In this document: positions 39,101 through 47,961 of the stretch, in pieces
How positions within the stretch are numbered: position 1 is the stretch's first letter
Layout of the letters: the number at the start of each line of letters is the position of its first letter
Source of the DNA: Abditibacteriaceae bacterium
Lineage (GTDB): Bacteria > Armatimonadota > Abditibacteriia > Abditibacteriales > Abditibacteriaceae
DNA length: 64,000 nucleotides
NCBI GenBank assembly: GCA_031372065.1
Contig: JANMKN010000008.1
Location: forward strand, 1-64,000
Reading direction: 5' to 3'
The notes under the pieces: generated by a model
Database searches by the model: none
Told to the model about the DNA's origin: nothing
The model's input: the letters and a program-made list of their open reading frames with translations, nothing else
Made by a program: the position numbers and the translations under genes

Positions 39101-39370
39101 GACAATTTGATTGGTGGCGTTGCCCGTCACCTTGCCGCTGTTCCACAAGTCGCCTTTGGCAAGGCTATTCGGGCTGGAGCCGACCAAAATCTGATACGCG
39201 CTTTGCTTTTCGCCACGCGTTCTCGACTCGACAATCCAACTCAAACGCGGCTGTTTCTCATCAATGCCAATGGGATTGACTTTATATTCGCAGCGCAAAT
39301 TCGCGGGCGTAATTTCAGCGCGCAGCGGTGCCACAGCCAACAACAAAGCAGCAAGAGCAATTCGTTTCAT
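36176..39370 (-). CDS. Alpha-L-rhamnosidase (GH78), secreted
   Basis: LRCEYKVNPIGID..PRLSW; PGWTDY; FDLGQNMVG; FTFHGFRYVE; PTDCPQRDERCGWMGD; GATTIWERWD; MNSFNHY. Confidence 0.95.
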   Translation of the reverse strand: MKRIALAALLLAVAPLRAEITPANLRCEYKVNPIGIDEKQPRLSWIVESRTRGEKQSAYQILVGSSPNSLAKGDLWNSGKVTGNATNQIVYAGKPLQSGQTARWSVRTWDKNGKPSAYSAPAQWTAGLMNIAAEWKGQWINLEALPDAPVATGDFKGASWIWFPEGDATQNVPEGTRYFRTTINVPADVTISSAKLSLSGDDSWRAWLNGKLMGASNSWKEAKSVDVQKTMHAGPNILAVEVKNGANSPAGLVTKLAIQSPEWGNKTFVSDGSWKSSKQSGKEWQSAAFDDAAWQSTKIAAPFGGGPWADQVSFSNTSKVPPATYFRREFRIAKPVRRAMAYGTALGLYEMHLNGQRIGDDVFTPGWTDYKKRVYYQTYDVTPLIKQGANAVGAILGDGWATGHDGNGGRDRYGLHRPHFSGQIVLDYADGTREIVASDTNWKAGYGPIIEQDLLDGEFYDATQEAIGWDTANFNDAAWKKPDMIPAPNIKVEAYPGVPVRRQIELKAKTMTQPQPGNYVFDLGQNMVGWVRLNNIVAPRGTKIRIRSAEMLNADGTIYTTNLRGARCIDEYTTKGTGPETWEPRFTFHGFRYVELTGLPTSPTKDSITGVVVYSAIPDSGTFVCSNPLVNQLQSNIQWGQRGNFLEVPTDCPQRDERCGWMGDAQIFVRTSTYNADVASFFNKWMVDVEDGMRGDAFPDIAPDICCGAGTPAWADAGLIVPWTIYTAYGDKRILEKHYSAMRRYIEWVKRENPSLIMNKRGSDYGDWLSIAADTPKDVLGTAYFAYSTGILANTARVLGKTEDARQYDDLFAQIKATFNKEFVAADGRIKGNTQTNYVLALRFDLLPEEKRAAAAKYLVEDIAQKNNHLSTGFVGVGYLNPTLTKNGYKDMAYKLLLQDTFPSWGYSIRQGATTIWERWDGYRADKGFQDPGMNSFNHYSLGSVGEWLFDTVAGIGVDPEKPGFEHIILRPQPGGGLTFARGDYDSIRGKIVSDWKLGNGALTLNVTIPTNTTATLYLPAKTGANITESGRDAAKFDGVQFVKQENGAAIYELGSGTYSFEVR

Positions 39371-39459
39371 GAACCCTTTCGACAACTCCAACAATTTCAA
39401 TTTTGTGTCCCCTCAGTTTGGCAGGGTTGCAATCGCCGTGTCAGCACCTCCGGCAAACA

Positions 39460-39493
39460 AAAAGCGCGCCTCTCACTTGAGAAACGCGCTTTT
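39460..39493 (-). terminator. Terminator-like hairpin upstream of the rhamnosidase
   Basis: AAAAGCGCG-CC-TCTCA-CT-TGAGA-AA-CGCGCTTTT; mismatches are G-U on the minus strand. Confidence 0.6.
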
Positions 39494-39574
39494 GCTTTGC
39501 ATCAAAACTCAAAACAGCCGCTAAAGGAGAACGATTGCCAACATAGTCTTTTGTTCGCCTGCTGTTGATTGCTT

Positions 39575-39910
39575 TTAGGGTGAATCAAAATAACGAATGG
39601 CTCGATGTGACCAAAGGTCGAACTGCTCTTGCTCTTGCCAAACGTTCAGAAGCATGAGGGCGATGCCGACAGCGACGCCCATTGAAATGTAAAGCCAGAA
39701 CCGCTTATTACTGCTGCTGTGCCAAAGTGCTATTAGCCCAAACCCATTAAGAATGATTAAACCGGCAGTGGCAAACGCGCAGATGAACCACTCAGAACAC
39801 ACGCTGCCTGGACTTCTGAGTTTGAAGGTGGCTGGCAGGAACAGCAGGAGGAACAGAGCATAAACCAGAGACACGCGAGTTAGCCATTTGCCTTGAGATG
39901 ATTTATTCAT
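39575..39910 (-). CDS. Small orphan membrane protein (about 3 TM)
   Basis: GGAGG RBS before ATG 39910; three hydrophobic segments. Confidence 0.65.
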   Translation of the reverse strand: MNKSSQGKWLTRVSLVYALFLLLFLPATFKLRSPGSVCSEWFICAFATAGLIILNGFGLIALWHSSSNKRFWLYISMGVAVGIALMLLNVWQEQEQFDLWSHRAIRYFDSP

Positions 39911-40111
39911 ATCCTCCACCTGCCTTAAAGTATGACAAATTCGGCTACGCCCCACGCACCAACCCGACAACATTATTAATCCGCAAATGGGCGGCGTAAC
40001 ACCGCTTTTTCGCGCTGACAATGGGCAGAAATACAGTGGCGGTCTAAATGCGTTAAAAACGTGCGAACTGCGAACACTCATAATTTTTGCAAAAAAACTG
40101 AGGTTTGGGGC

Positions 40112-40141
40112 TTGTCAAAGCGTGTTTTAGGAGATTAAAAT
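40112..40141 (+). promoter_or_regulatory. Putative sigma70 promoter reading into the 42-bp array
   Basis: TTGTCA-18 bp-TAAAAT. Confidence 0.45.
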
Positions 40142-40175
40142 AGCTTTTGAACGCCCCACCGCTGTGTTTTTACTG

Positions 40176-40445
40176 TTTCCCCTGTCGGGGCAGGCGCAAA
40201 ACGATTCCGGTTGAGAGTTCCCCCTATAAGGGGAAGACCAAAACGCTTTCGGTTGAAGGCTCCCCCTATAAGGGGAAGCGCAAACGGAAATCGGTTGAAG
40301 CCTCCCCTTATAGGGGGAAGCACAAAACGCTTTCGGTTGGAGGTTCCCCTTATAGGGGGAAGTGCAAAACGCTTTCGGTTGGAGGCTCCCCTTATGAGGG
40401 GAAGGACAAAATGGTTTCGGTTGGAGGCTCACCTTATAGGAGAGC
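40176..40445 (+). repeat. Tandem array of six 42-bp units plus a partial seventh, each with an ~18-bp palindrome
   Basis: Units start at 40176, 40218, 40260, 40302, 40344, 40386, 40428; consensus YTCCCCYTATARGGGGAAGNNCAAAACGCTTTCGGTTGRAGG. Confidence 0.95.
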
Positions 40446-40527
40446 GCGCGGCGAAAGCGGCTTTTTCACTTTTCTTGATACTTTTTCGTGCCCGCGTCGG
40501 GCCATTCATCATTGGAGGAGGCAAATT

Positions 40528-41235
40528 ATGCCCAACAGAGGGATTTCTGAGGTTACAGACCAGTTAGAGCAGTGTTTAGGCGCCGATGGCGACGTGGAAG
40601 TCGGCAAAAGATGGAAATTCACCGCCGAATTTCGCGCCGAGGTGCAGGATACTTTCGACGATTTAGTCGCCGCCAATGAAGATATTCCCCTCAGCGAAGG
40701 CAATCGGCGCACCGCCAGCGACCAATTAAAAGTGGATTATCCCGTCGCTGAGACGATGATTCACGCGGTTTACAATCGCATCAAAGGTTTGTCGCTAACC
40801 GGAAGCAGTTTGCCGCTGTTGGTAGCCTATGGGTTTGAAAGCGGACAGTTGGGCGAATTCGATCAAAGTCGCGTGCGCAAGTTTTTAGGGCAATTTCTCA
40901 CCACCAGCGCCGATTTTGCCGATGTCAACAGCCCCAATCACAACGCCGCCGCCGTTTTGCCCGCCGATTGGATTACGCAGATTACTCCCCTCAAAAAGCG
41001 CCTGAGCGATAACGAACTGCTGGCTTCGGTGGGTTCGCGCTCTGATTTAGTGGAGTTGCGCCGACAAAAACTGCTCGCCGCCGAAGATATTATCAGCCGC
41101 ATCTGGCATTATTTGAGTTACGGATTGCCCAAACGCGACCAAGACCCGCTGCTGCATAATTATGGCTTCGACCCGCGCAAAAACCCAACCGGGCAACACG
41201 ATAACACGACTGCGCCGGTTGCGCCGACCAGCTAA
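40528..41235 (+). CDS. Hypothetical protein, probably alpha-helical (235 aa), downstream of the 42-bp array
   Basis: GGAGGAG RBS before ATG 40528; helical pattern; ends LLHNYGFDPRKNPTGQHDNTTAPVAPTS; frame also open upstream through the array to TTG 40147. Confidence 0.8.
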   Translation: MPNRGISEVTDQLEQCLGADGDVEVGKRWKFTAEFRAEVQDTFDDLVAANEDIPLSEGNRRTASDQLKVDYPVAETMIHAVYNRIKGLSLTGSSLPLLVAYGFESGQLGEFDQSRVRKFLGQFLTTSADFADVNSPNHNAAAVLPADWITQITPLKKRLSDNELLASVGSRSDLVELRRQKLLAAEDIISRIWHYLSYGLPKRDQDPLLHNYGFDPRKNPTGQHDNTTAPVAPTS

Positions 41236-41249
41236 CTTAAGCCATCACT

Positions 41250-42221
41250 TCACTGCGGCAAGGGCACCAAAAGATAGCGGCACGGCAGCGATTGGTCATT
41301 TTCATCTTTTCCGGCGTCTTCGATGAATAACAAACCCGCTTCATCGCCGACGTTCATACGGCAGAGGCCCTCGGCGTTTTTCAAACCGCCGGTGTCCAAA
41401 GGTTTGGCAACCGGTGGGCTTTTCAAGTCCCAAAACCAGAGTTTCCACGTTTCGGCATTCACCACCACAGCGTTGGCCGAGGCGCCAGAAACAATCCAGC
41501 ATCCGCCTCGTTCGGCATCATAAAACATCCCGCGAATGCCCTGCCCGTCCAAAGGCAGATAAAGGGCTTCTTTTTCAAACTTCGGCGGCTTATCTTCATC
41601 GAAAATAGCGTGCGGATTGGTGAGGGCAATCACAATGGCATCACCGGCATAGCCTGTGTTATTGGGGTCGCGAAAATGCAGGGGCGAGCGAAAACCCAAC
41701 AATAATCTGCCGTCTGGCAACAAGGTGGTGCCTTCGATGTTGAAGGTGCCTCCCACGCCGCCATTGTTGACATGACTTTGAACCGAAGGCGCCAATTCGG
41801 GAAAAGCGGCAACGATGGCGCTTTTAAACGCCGGTATATCTTTACTGCCCTGCCCATTCTGGCCTTTTGGCTGCACTTGGCCCATTTCGTCGAAGACCAA
41901 GCGCACCAGTTTTTCGCGCTTTTTCTTTATTTCATTCGCTGAATTCTTCGAGCCGGAAACCACCACGAACGCCATACGCCGTTCTTTGTCCCACGCGATG
42001 TCTTCCATGTCGTTTACGTCAATCGAGCCTTGTAATTCGGCTTCAAGACTCTTAACGCTTTCCATAAACTCCACAGTGTTAAAGCGATTGGTTGATTGTC
42101 TGATTTGCGCGACAAACAAATCTTTATCGCCGATCAGCAAAACCACATCATCGTCCAAACCTTCGAGCGGCGTCACGCCGGACGCCTGTTTCAATTCGTC
42201 AGGAATCATGCCAATTTTCAT
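41250..42221 (-). CDS. DUF3616-like (beta-propeller-type) protein
   Basis: DMEDIAW, GSKNS..KKKRE, FNIEG....DGRLLLGFRSP, LPLDGQGIR, NAEGL. Confidence 0.7.
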   Translation of the reverse strand: MKIGMIPDELKQASGVTPLEGLDDDVVLLIGDKDLFVAQIRQSTNRFNTVEFMESVKSLEAELQGSIDVNDMEDIAWDKERRMAFVVVSGSKNSANEIKKKREKLVRLVFDEMGQVQPKGQNGQGSKDIPAFKSAIVAAFPELAPSVQSHVNNGGVGGTFNIEGTTLLPDGRLLLGFRSPLHFRDPNNTGYAGDAIVIALTNPHAIFDEDKPPKFEKEALYLPLDGQGIRGMFYDAERGGCWIVSGASANAVVVNAETWKLWFWDLKSPPVAKPLDTGGLKNAEGLCRMNVGDEAGLLFIEDAGKDENDQSLPCRYLLVPLPQ

Positions 42222-42299
42222 AACGTTATTCTCTCCTTTAAAAACTTCTCTTTGCTTGCAGGCGAAGCCAACTTAATGGAAGCCAGCATAGCATGAGCA

Positions 42300-43715
42300 T
42301 TACAAAATAATGCCGACCACGCAGGCCGTCATGCACGAGGCGACGGCGCCGCCGAACATGGCGAGCAAACCGAGGCGCGATAAATCGGCGCGGCGTTCGG
42401 GGGCCATCGAACCAATGCCACCCACTTGAATGGCAATCGAGGAAAAATTAGCGAAGCCGCACAGCGCATAAACCACCAGCAAAAACGAGCGCGGCGACAA
42501 AAAAGCGGCATCTTTGCCCATGCTTCCGGCCAACTCAAGATACGCCACAAATTCGTTGATGACGGTTTTGATGCCGATCAAACTGCCCGCCTTGCCGCAT
42601 TCGGCCCACGGAATGCCCAGCAGCCACGCAAGAGGCGCACAAATGTAACCGAGCAGCATTTGCATAGATAAATTCGGCACACCCAGAAAACCGCCCAGCC
42701 AACCGAGCAACGCATTTAACATCGCGACTAAGGCCACAAAAACTAATAGCATCGCGCCGACATTCAGCGCCAGTTGCAAGCCTTCGATGGCGCCGCGCGC
42801 GGCGGAATCTATCACGTTCGCATCTTGGTTTTCGACGTGCAATTTCATTTGCCCGCTCGTTTCCGAAGGCTGCGATTCGGGCAACAGCAACTTGGCAACA
42901 GCGAGGCTGGCCGGAGCCGAAATAATCGAAGCCGCCAGTAAATGACCGGCAATCTGCGGCTCGAAACCAGCTAACATAGCGACATAAGCGGCCAGCACGC
43001 CGGAGGCGATATTAGAAAAGCCGCCGACCATAATCGCCATCAGTTCACTTTGCGTGGCGCCCGCGATAAAAGGCCGCACAAAGAGCGGCGCTTCGGTTTG
43101 GCCGAGGAAAATATTGGCCGTCGCCGACAGCGTTTCGCTGCCCGATGTGCCCATCGTGCGCTGCATCACCCACGCCAATCCTTTGACGACGGGCTGCAAA
43201 ACGCCGAGATAATACATCAACGTCGAAAGCGCCGAAAAGAAAATAATCGTCGGCAAAACATTGAAGGCGAAAAAGGCGCCCGTTGCGGCATAAGAATTTG
43301 GCTGTGTAATCGGCCCCATCGTCGCGCTGCCGACGGGCTTGCCAACGGGCACATTATTGTCCACCAAATTGCCGAAGAGAAATTTGGCACCTTCGCGCGA
43401 GAAATTCAAAAGCGCATTCACGCCGCTGTTAATCGCCTCGAAAAATCCCGGCGTGTTCAACACTAAAAGCGCGAAGACGAATTGCAAAGCCAAGCCCCAA
43501 ATTACGGTGCGCGCCAGCGGCTTCAAGCGCGGCTTGCGCAACTGTCCGATGCCCCAGCAAAAAGCCGTCAGCACCACCAAACCAAAGAGTGACTGCGCCT
43601 TTTGCAGCGGCGTGCCCGAACGATCAATCGAAATGACCGCTTCTTGCGCCGTTGCCGGATGAATCAAAAGAAAAATGCTGCAACTCAACGACAAAAAACG
43701 CAAAAAAGTGGTCAT
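42300..43715 (-). CDS. nupC: Concentrative nucleoside transporter (CNT/NupC family)
   Basis: WGLALQF; FAFNVLPTIIFFSAL; ANIFLGQTEAP; KTVINEFVAY; YALCGFANFSSIAI. Confidence 0.92.
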   Translation of the reverse strand: MTTFLRFLSLSCSIFLLIHPATAQEAVISIDRSGTPLQKAQSLFGLVVLTAFCWGIGQLRKPRLKPLARTVIWGLALQFVFALLVLNTPGFFEAINSGVNALLNFSREGAKFLFGNLVDNNVPVGKPVGSATMGPITQPNSYAATGAFFAFNVLPTIIFFSALSTLMYYLGVLQPVVKGLAWVMQRTMGTSGSETLSATANIFLGQTEAPLFVRPFIAGATQSELMAIMVGGFSNIASGVLAAYVAMLAGFEPQIAGHLLAASIISAPASLAVAKLLLPESQPSETSGQMKLHVENQDANVIDSAARGAIEGLQLALNVGAMLLVFVALVAMLNALLGWLGGFLGVPNLSMQMLLGYICAPLAWLLGIPWAECGKAGSLIGIKTVINEFVAYLELAGSMGKDAAFLSPRSFLLVVYALCGFANFSSIAIQVGGIGSMAPERRADLSRLGLLAMFGGAVASCMTACVVGIIL

Positions 43716-43948
43716 AACGGGTCGTTTCAGAGCGCAAATCACCTTCGCGCCCAAGTTCATAAGCCGTTTATAGCAAGTTCTGGCGAGGGAAACAACAAAA
43801 TGTGGTTTATCGTAGCGAGAGAGCCTCAGGTTGGCTCATCTTTCTTAATCGGTTTATTGGTAACTTGCGTTGCTTGTTCTTCTTCATAGCGTCACATCGT
43901 CATTCATTGTATATCTTTTCCCAATTGCCCAAAGTTCAAACACTCATC

Positions 43949-44911
43949 ATGAAAACGCTCATCGTCACCGCGCCGGACAAATATGAAGTTGTCGAAGTGC
44001 CCGTTCCAGCGCCGGGCGCGGGCGAAGTTTTGCTGCGCGTGGAAGCCGTCACCACTTGCCCGCAGTGGGATTTGCACTTGCGCCACAACGAGCCGATGTT
44101 TGTCGGCCATCAGTTTCATTATCCTTACACACCGGGCCAACCGGGGCACGAAGCGACGGGAACGATTGCACAATTGGGCGAGGGCAGCGGCGAATTTCAC
44201 ATCGGCGAACGCGTCAGCGCGTGGCGCGACCCCGGCCATCAAGTTGGCGGTTGTTATGCGCAATTCGTCGTCAAAAAAGTCGAAGATTTAATTCGCGTGC
44301 CGTCGCATCTGCCCTTTGAAGCAACTGCGCCTTTGGAACTGGCGATGTGCGTTGGCGCGCAGTTTTTGCAGTTACGCGCTATGAATTTAATCAAAGCGCG
44401 CCGTTGCGCTGTGATGGGTCTTGGTCCGGCAGGTTTGATCGCCGTGCAGATGATGAAAGCCGAAGGCGCCAGCGAAATTTACGGCTTCGATATTGCAAAC
44501 TCACGGCGCGATTTGGCTTTAGCATTGGGCGCCGATGCCGTTTTCGATTCGCGCGAAGCATTGCCGCAATTTGGCTTGCGTCCGCACACGCAAATTGACT
44601 GCGCCATAGATTGCGTCGGCGCCAAAGCCACTGTCGAATGGCTGATGGATCGCACGCGCGAAACAGTCGCGTTGTTTGGCGTGCAGCGCGAAGATTACAC
44701 TTTTGCACCGCGTCATTATTCGCTGAAATTATGTGGCTATCCCGGCCACAGCCGCGCCGCCGCCGAATATGCTGTTGATTTAATAGAAAAGGGCCACTTG
44801 AATCTGGCGCCGCTGGTAACACATCAAATGCCGCTCGAAGATTATGGGCGCGGCGTGGATTTACTGGAAAAACAAGAAGCGATCAAGGTTTGTTTCAAAC
44901 CGTGGTCTTGA
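43949..44911 (+). CDS. Zn-dependent (MDR) dehydrogenase
   Basis: TTCPQWDLH, PGHEATG, GLGPAGL Rossmann motif, LVTHQMPLED; lacks the structural-Zn Cys cluster. Confidence 0.88.
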   Translation: MKTLIVTAPDKYEVVEVPVPAPGAGEVLLRVEAVTTCPQWDLHLRHNEPMFVGHQFHYPYTPGQPGHEATGTIAQLGEGSGEFHIGERVSAWRDPGHQVGGCYAQFVVKKVEDLIRVPSHLPFEATAPLELAMCVGAQFLQLRAMNLIKARRCAVMGLGPAGLIAVQMMKAEGASEIYGFDIANSRRDLALALGADAVFDSREALPQFGLRPHTQIDCAIDCVGAKATVEWLMDRTRETVALFGVQREDYTFAPRHYSLKLCGYPGHSRAAAEYAVDLIEKGHLNLAPLVTHQMPLEDYGRGVDLLEKQEAIKVCFKPWS

Positions 44912-44917
44912 ACATTT

Positions 44918-45739
44918 ATGAAACGCTCACAACTGGCGATCAATTCAGTTTCAACACGGCACGAAAATTTGGAAGAAGCGTTATCTGCTTATGCCAAGGC
45001 TGGGTTTCGCAACGTCGAATTTCAATTGGGACACGTCAAGGAATTTTTAAATCGCGGGCATTCCTTTAGCGATGTGCGGCGCTTATTGAAATCGCACGAT
45101 TTAACTTGTATTGGCGGTTTTGAATGCGCTTTAGAAGCGTTTTCACCACCTGAACAGCGCGCCGAAAATCACGAGCGTTTGCGGCGCAACGCCGAATTAT
45201 TGGCCGAATTAGGCGCGAGAATAATGGTGGTCGGCACCGATGGGCCACCCGCGCCAGTTGCAAAACCGCTGGAAGAATTGGTGGGCGCGTTTTGCGATGT
45301 GGAGCAAGCCATAAGCGATACCGGCATTACGCTGTGCCTCGAATTTAACTGGTCGCCTTTAGTGAAATCGCTGCGCACCGCTGTCGAAGTAGCGCGGCTA
45401 TGCGGTTCGCCAAATGTCGGCGTTTTATTCGACCCGGCACATTACCACTGCACGCCATCGAAATTAGAGCAAATCAACGAGCAAAGCGTGCCGTTTATCA
45501 AACACATTCACGTTGACGACATGGCCGACAAGCCGGGCGAACTTTCCAATTGCAACAGTGACCGCGTTTTGCCGGGATTGGGCTGTCTCGATTTGAAAAC
45601 TCTGCTTGGCGCGTTGGAATTACATGGCTACAACGGCTATTTTTCTATTGAAATGTTCAGCGAAGAATTGTGGAACGAATCACCCTATCGCGCCGCACAA
45701 TTGATGTTTGATTCGCTGTTACCGCTTTGCGACGACTAA
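44918..45739 (+). CDS. Sugar phosphate isomerase/epimerase (xylose isomerase-like TIM barrel)
   Basis: LCLEF, NVGVLFDPAHY, HIHVDD, RVLPGLG, GYFSIEMF. Confidence 0.88.
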   Translation: MKRSQLAINSVSTRHENLEEALSAYAKAGFRNVEFQLGHVKEFLNRGHSFSDVRRLLKSHDLTCIGGFECALEAFSPPEQRAENHERLRRNAELLAELGARIMVVGTDGPPAPVAKPLEELVGAFCDVEQAISDTGITLCLEFNWSPLVKSLRTAVEVARLCGSPNVGVLFDPAHYHCTPSKLEQINEQSVPFIKHIHVDDMADKPGELSNCNSDRVLPGLGCLDLKTLLGALELHGYNGYFSIEMFSEELWNESPYRAAQLMFDSLLPLCDD

Positions 45740-45742
45740 AAT

Positions 45743-47950
45743 TTACCAGTTGAAAACACTCAGCAAACTGGAATAATCATCTGTCCACACGCCGACATCA
45801 TCACGCGTTTTCAAAGGCTGCCAGCGAGCATCTTTGAGTAGCGCAGTCAACGCCGATTTGTCGCGCGCCATCGCCACCCATTGCGATGAAACCTTGCCCA
45901 ATTCGGCCTCGGCTTCCGAAACTTCGCCATCGGTGCGATTCAAACCGACAAGACCCGCATCGCGCGCTAAATTGCCCAGCACCGGCTCAATAGTCAAATG
46001 CCGGTTGGAAGCATGAAACACCACCAATCCACGCGGTTTCACTTTGCGAAAATACAGTTGCAGCGCCTCGCGGGTGAGTAAATGAACCGGCAGTGAATCG
46101 GAACTGTAAGCATCTAAAACCAATACCTCGAACTCTCCATCGGGCACGTTTTCTAATTTTAAGCGGCCATCGCCCAAAACAATTTCATAAGGAGCTTTGC
46201 AGTTCTGCAAATACGAAAAATACTGCGGGTCACCCGCAATGCGCGCCACAACTGGATCAATTTCAAAAAATGTCCACTTCTGCTTTGGCCGCGCATAATA
46301 GGCCAGCGAACCAGCGCCTAAACCTACGACTCCAACACGCTTTGCAGCATCCGCATATTCGCGAAAAATCTGCCCGGCGGGGCCGCTGGTTGTGTAATAA
46401 GAAAGCGGCTCCTTATGATGGGCCGGATCGAGATTTTGCACGCCATGCAGCGTATTGCCATGAAAGAGTTGATGAAATTGGCCCGCAGGATCAAGCGCCA
46501 CGCGATGCACTCCAAAAAAGCTTCGCTCGGCCAATAAAATACGGCCCGAATTGCCGTCTTTGTAAAACATCAAACCCGCCGTCAAAATAGTGCCAATAGC
46601 CAAGGCAAATCGCAAGGGCCGGCGTGAAAAACTAAACGCGCAAAGTGTGCCGAAGCCAAACGTCAGGGCTAAAAACAGCGGCCCCGTTTCGATGCCGCGT
46701 TTTTGCAAAAACAGCATCATCGCGACCATTATCAAACCCAATAAAGTGGGCAGGACGAAATCGAAAATTCGCGCGCGACTTTCATTTATCAATGGCTTAT
46801 TTTCGGCGCGCAAGCCCAGCCAACACGCCAAAACTAAAGTAATCGGGTATTCAACAACGCTATGAAAAATGATCGGCGCCAAGAGCGCATTAAACGCGCC
46901 GCCCAGCACGCCGCCCAGGGAAATCCACAAGTAAAATTCGGTAAGAAAATCCGTTGGCGGACGCTCCTCGGCCAGCGCGCCATGACAGGCCATCGCCACC
47001 ACAAAAAGTGTCAGCAAATGCAGTGGCATCAAGAGGATAAAGGGATGATTTGCCCGCACAGCCACCGTAACCACCAAAGGCAAAATCAGAATCGGCAAAG
47101 CGCGCACCCAAAACAAATTGGGCAGCAAAGGTCGCCGCGCAAACGCCACGATAAACGATAGCAAATAAAGACTCAGTGGAATAATCCACAACAGCGGAAT
47201 CGCCGCGATGTCGGTGGAAATATAAGTCGTCACGCTGACCATCAAACTCGATGGGACAAACGCCAACATCACCCAACGCATACGACTTTGTGTATTCGGA
47301 ACACTAAGCGCAATTTCAGTTTCGTCGTTTTTGGTTTCGCTGTCGGGATTCTGTTTTATTTTCCCGCGCCACAGCACAAAAGCCGCGCTAAACGTCAGCA
47401 GAATGAGCAAGCCGTAGCCATAAGACCACAAACGACTTTGGTCAAGCAAATGCAGTTTTGGCTCGATAAAAATCGGATAGCCCAAAAGCGCCATCATGCT
47501 ACCGAGATTACTGGCGGCATAAAGAAAATACGGATCGCCCGCTGCCTTATGCCCCGTTGTCGCGAACCACTTTTGCAACAGAGGACTGCCCGCCGAAACC
47601 ACGAAAAATGGCAAGCCGACAGCGACAGTCAAAAGCGCTAACAGCCACGGAATCGGATTGGTTTCTGCGGGCGGCGTCCAGCCTTTGGGCACCGCAATTG
47701 GCAGCAAAAACAAAGGAAGCAGCAGCAAAACGCAATGCAACATCGCCTGCTTTTTCACGCCGAGCCACTTCGATGTCGCGTGTGCATAAGCGTAGCCCGC
47801 TAATAGCATCGCTTGAAAGAAAACCAGCGCCGTGTTCCACACCGCAGGAGAGCCACCTAAAAGCGGTAGCACCATGCGCGCAAACATCGGTTGCACCAAG
47901 AACAACAACGTCGCATTAACGAAAATGGCGATGGTATAAAGCAGAAGCAC
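45743..47950 (-). CDS. Fused MFS-like membrane domain / spermidine synthase-like methyltransferase
   Basis: LLFLVQPM..LPLLGGSPAVWNT; PYFLYAASNLGS; RSFFGVHRV; HGNTLHG; VVGLGAGSL; FEIDP; GDGR; LDAYSSD; WTDDYS. Confidence 0.9.
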   Translation of the reverse strand: MLLLYTIAIFVNATLLFLVQPMFARMVLPLLGGSPAVWNTALVFFQAMLLAGYAYAHATSKWLGVKKQAMLHCVLLLLPLFLLPIAVPKGWTPPAETNPIPWLLALLTVAVGLPFFVVSAGSPLLQKWFATTGHKAAGDPYFLYAASNLGSMMALLGYPIFIEPKLHLLDQSRLWSYGYGLLILLTFSAAFVLWRGKIKQNPDSETKNDETEIALSVPNTQSRMRWVMLAFVPSSLMVSVTTYISTDIAAIPLLWIIPLSLYLLSFIVAFARRPLLPNLFWVRALPILILPLVVTVAVRANHPFILLMPLHLLTLFVVAMACHGALAEERPPTDFLTEFYLWISLGGVLGGAFNALLAPIIFHSVVEYPITLVLACWLGLRAENKPLINESRARIFDFVLPTLLGLIMVAMMLFLQKRGIETGPLFLALTFGFGTLCAFSFSRRPLRFALAIGTILTAGLMFYKDGNSGRILLAERSFFGVHRVALDPAGQFHQLFHGNTLHGVQNLDPAHHKEPLSYYTTSGPAGQIFREYADAAKRVGVVGLGAGSLAYYARPKQKWTFFEIDPVVARIAGDPQYFSYLQNCKAPYEIVLGDGRLKLENVPDGEFEVLVLDAYSSDSLPVHLLTREALQLYFRKVKPRGLVVFHASNRHLTIEPVLGNLARDAGLVGLNRTDGEVSEAEAELGKVSSQWVAMARDKSALTALLKDARWQPLKTRDDVGVWTDDYSSLLSVFNW

Positions 47951-47961
47951 AGTGAATTCTT

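Noticed and set aside
37409..39568. 719-aa plus-strand ORF
   Set aside because: Antisense shadow of the GH78 rhamnosidase.
40176..40445. CRISPR array or TIGR-type guide array
   Set aside because: Units are nearly identical along their whole length with no unique spacers, and no cas or Nop-domain gene is recognisable in the window.
40127..40567. Short ORFs on both strands across the 42-bp array
   Set aside because: Open frames are expected from a stop-poor repeat whose period is divisible by three; no independent coding evidence.
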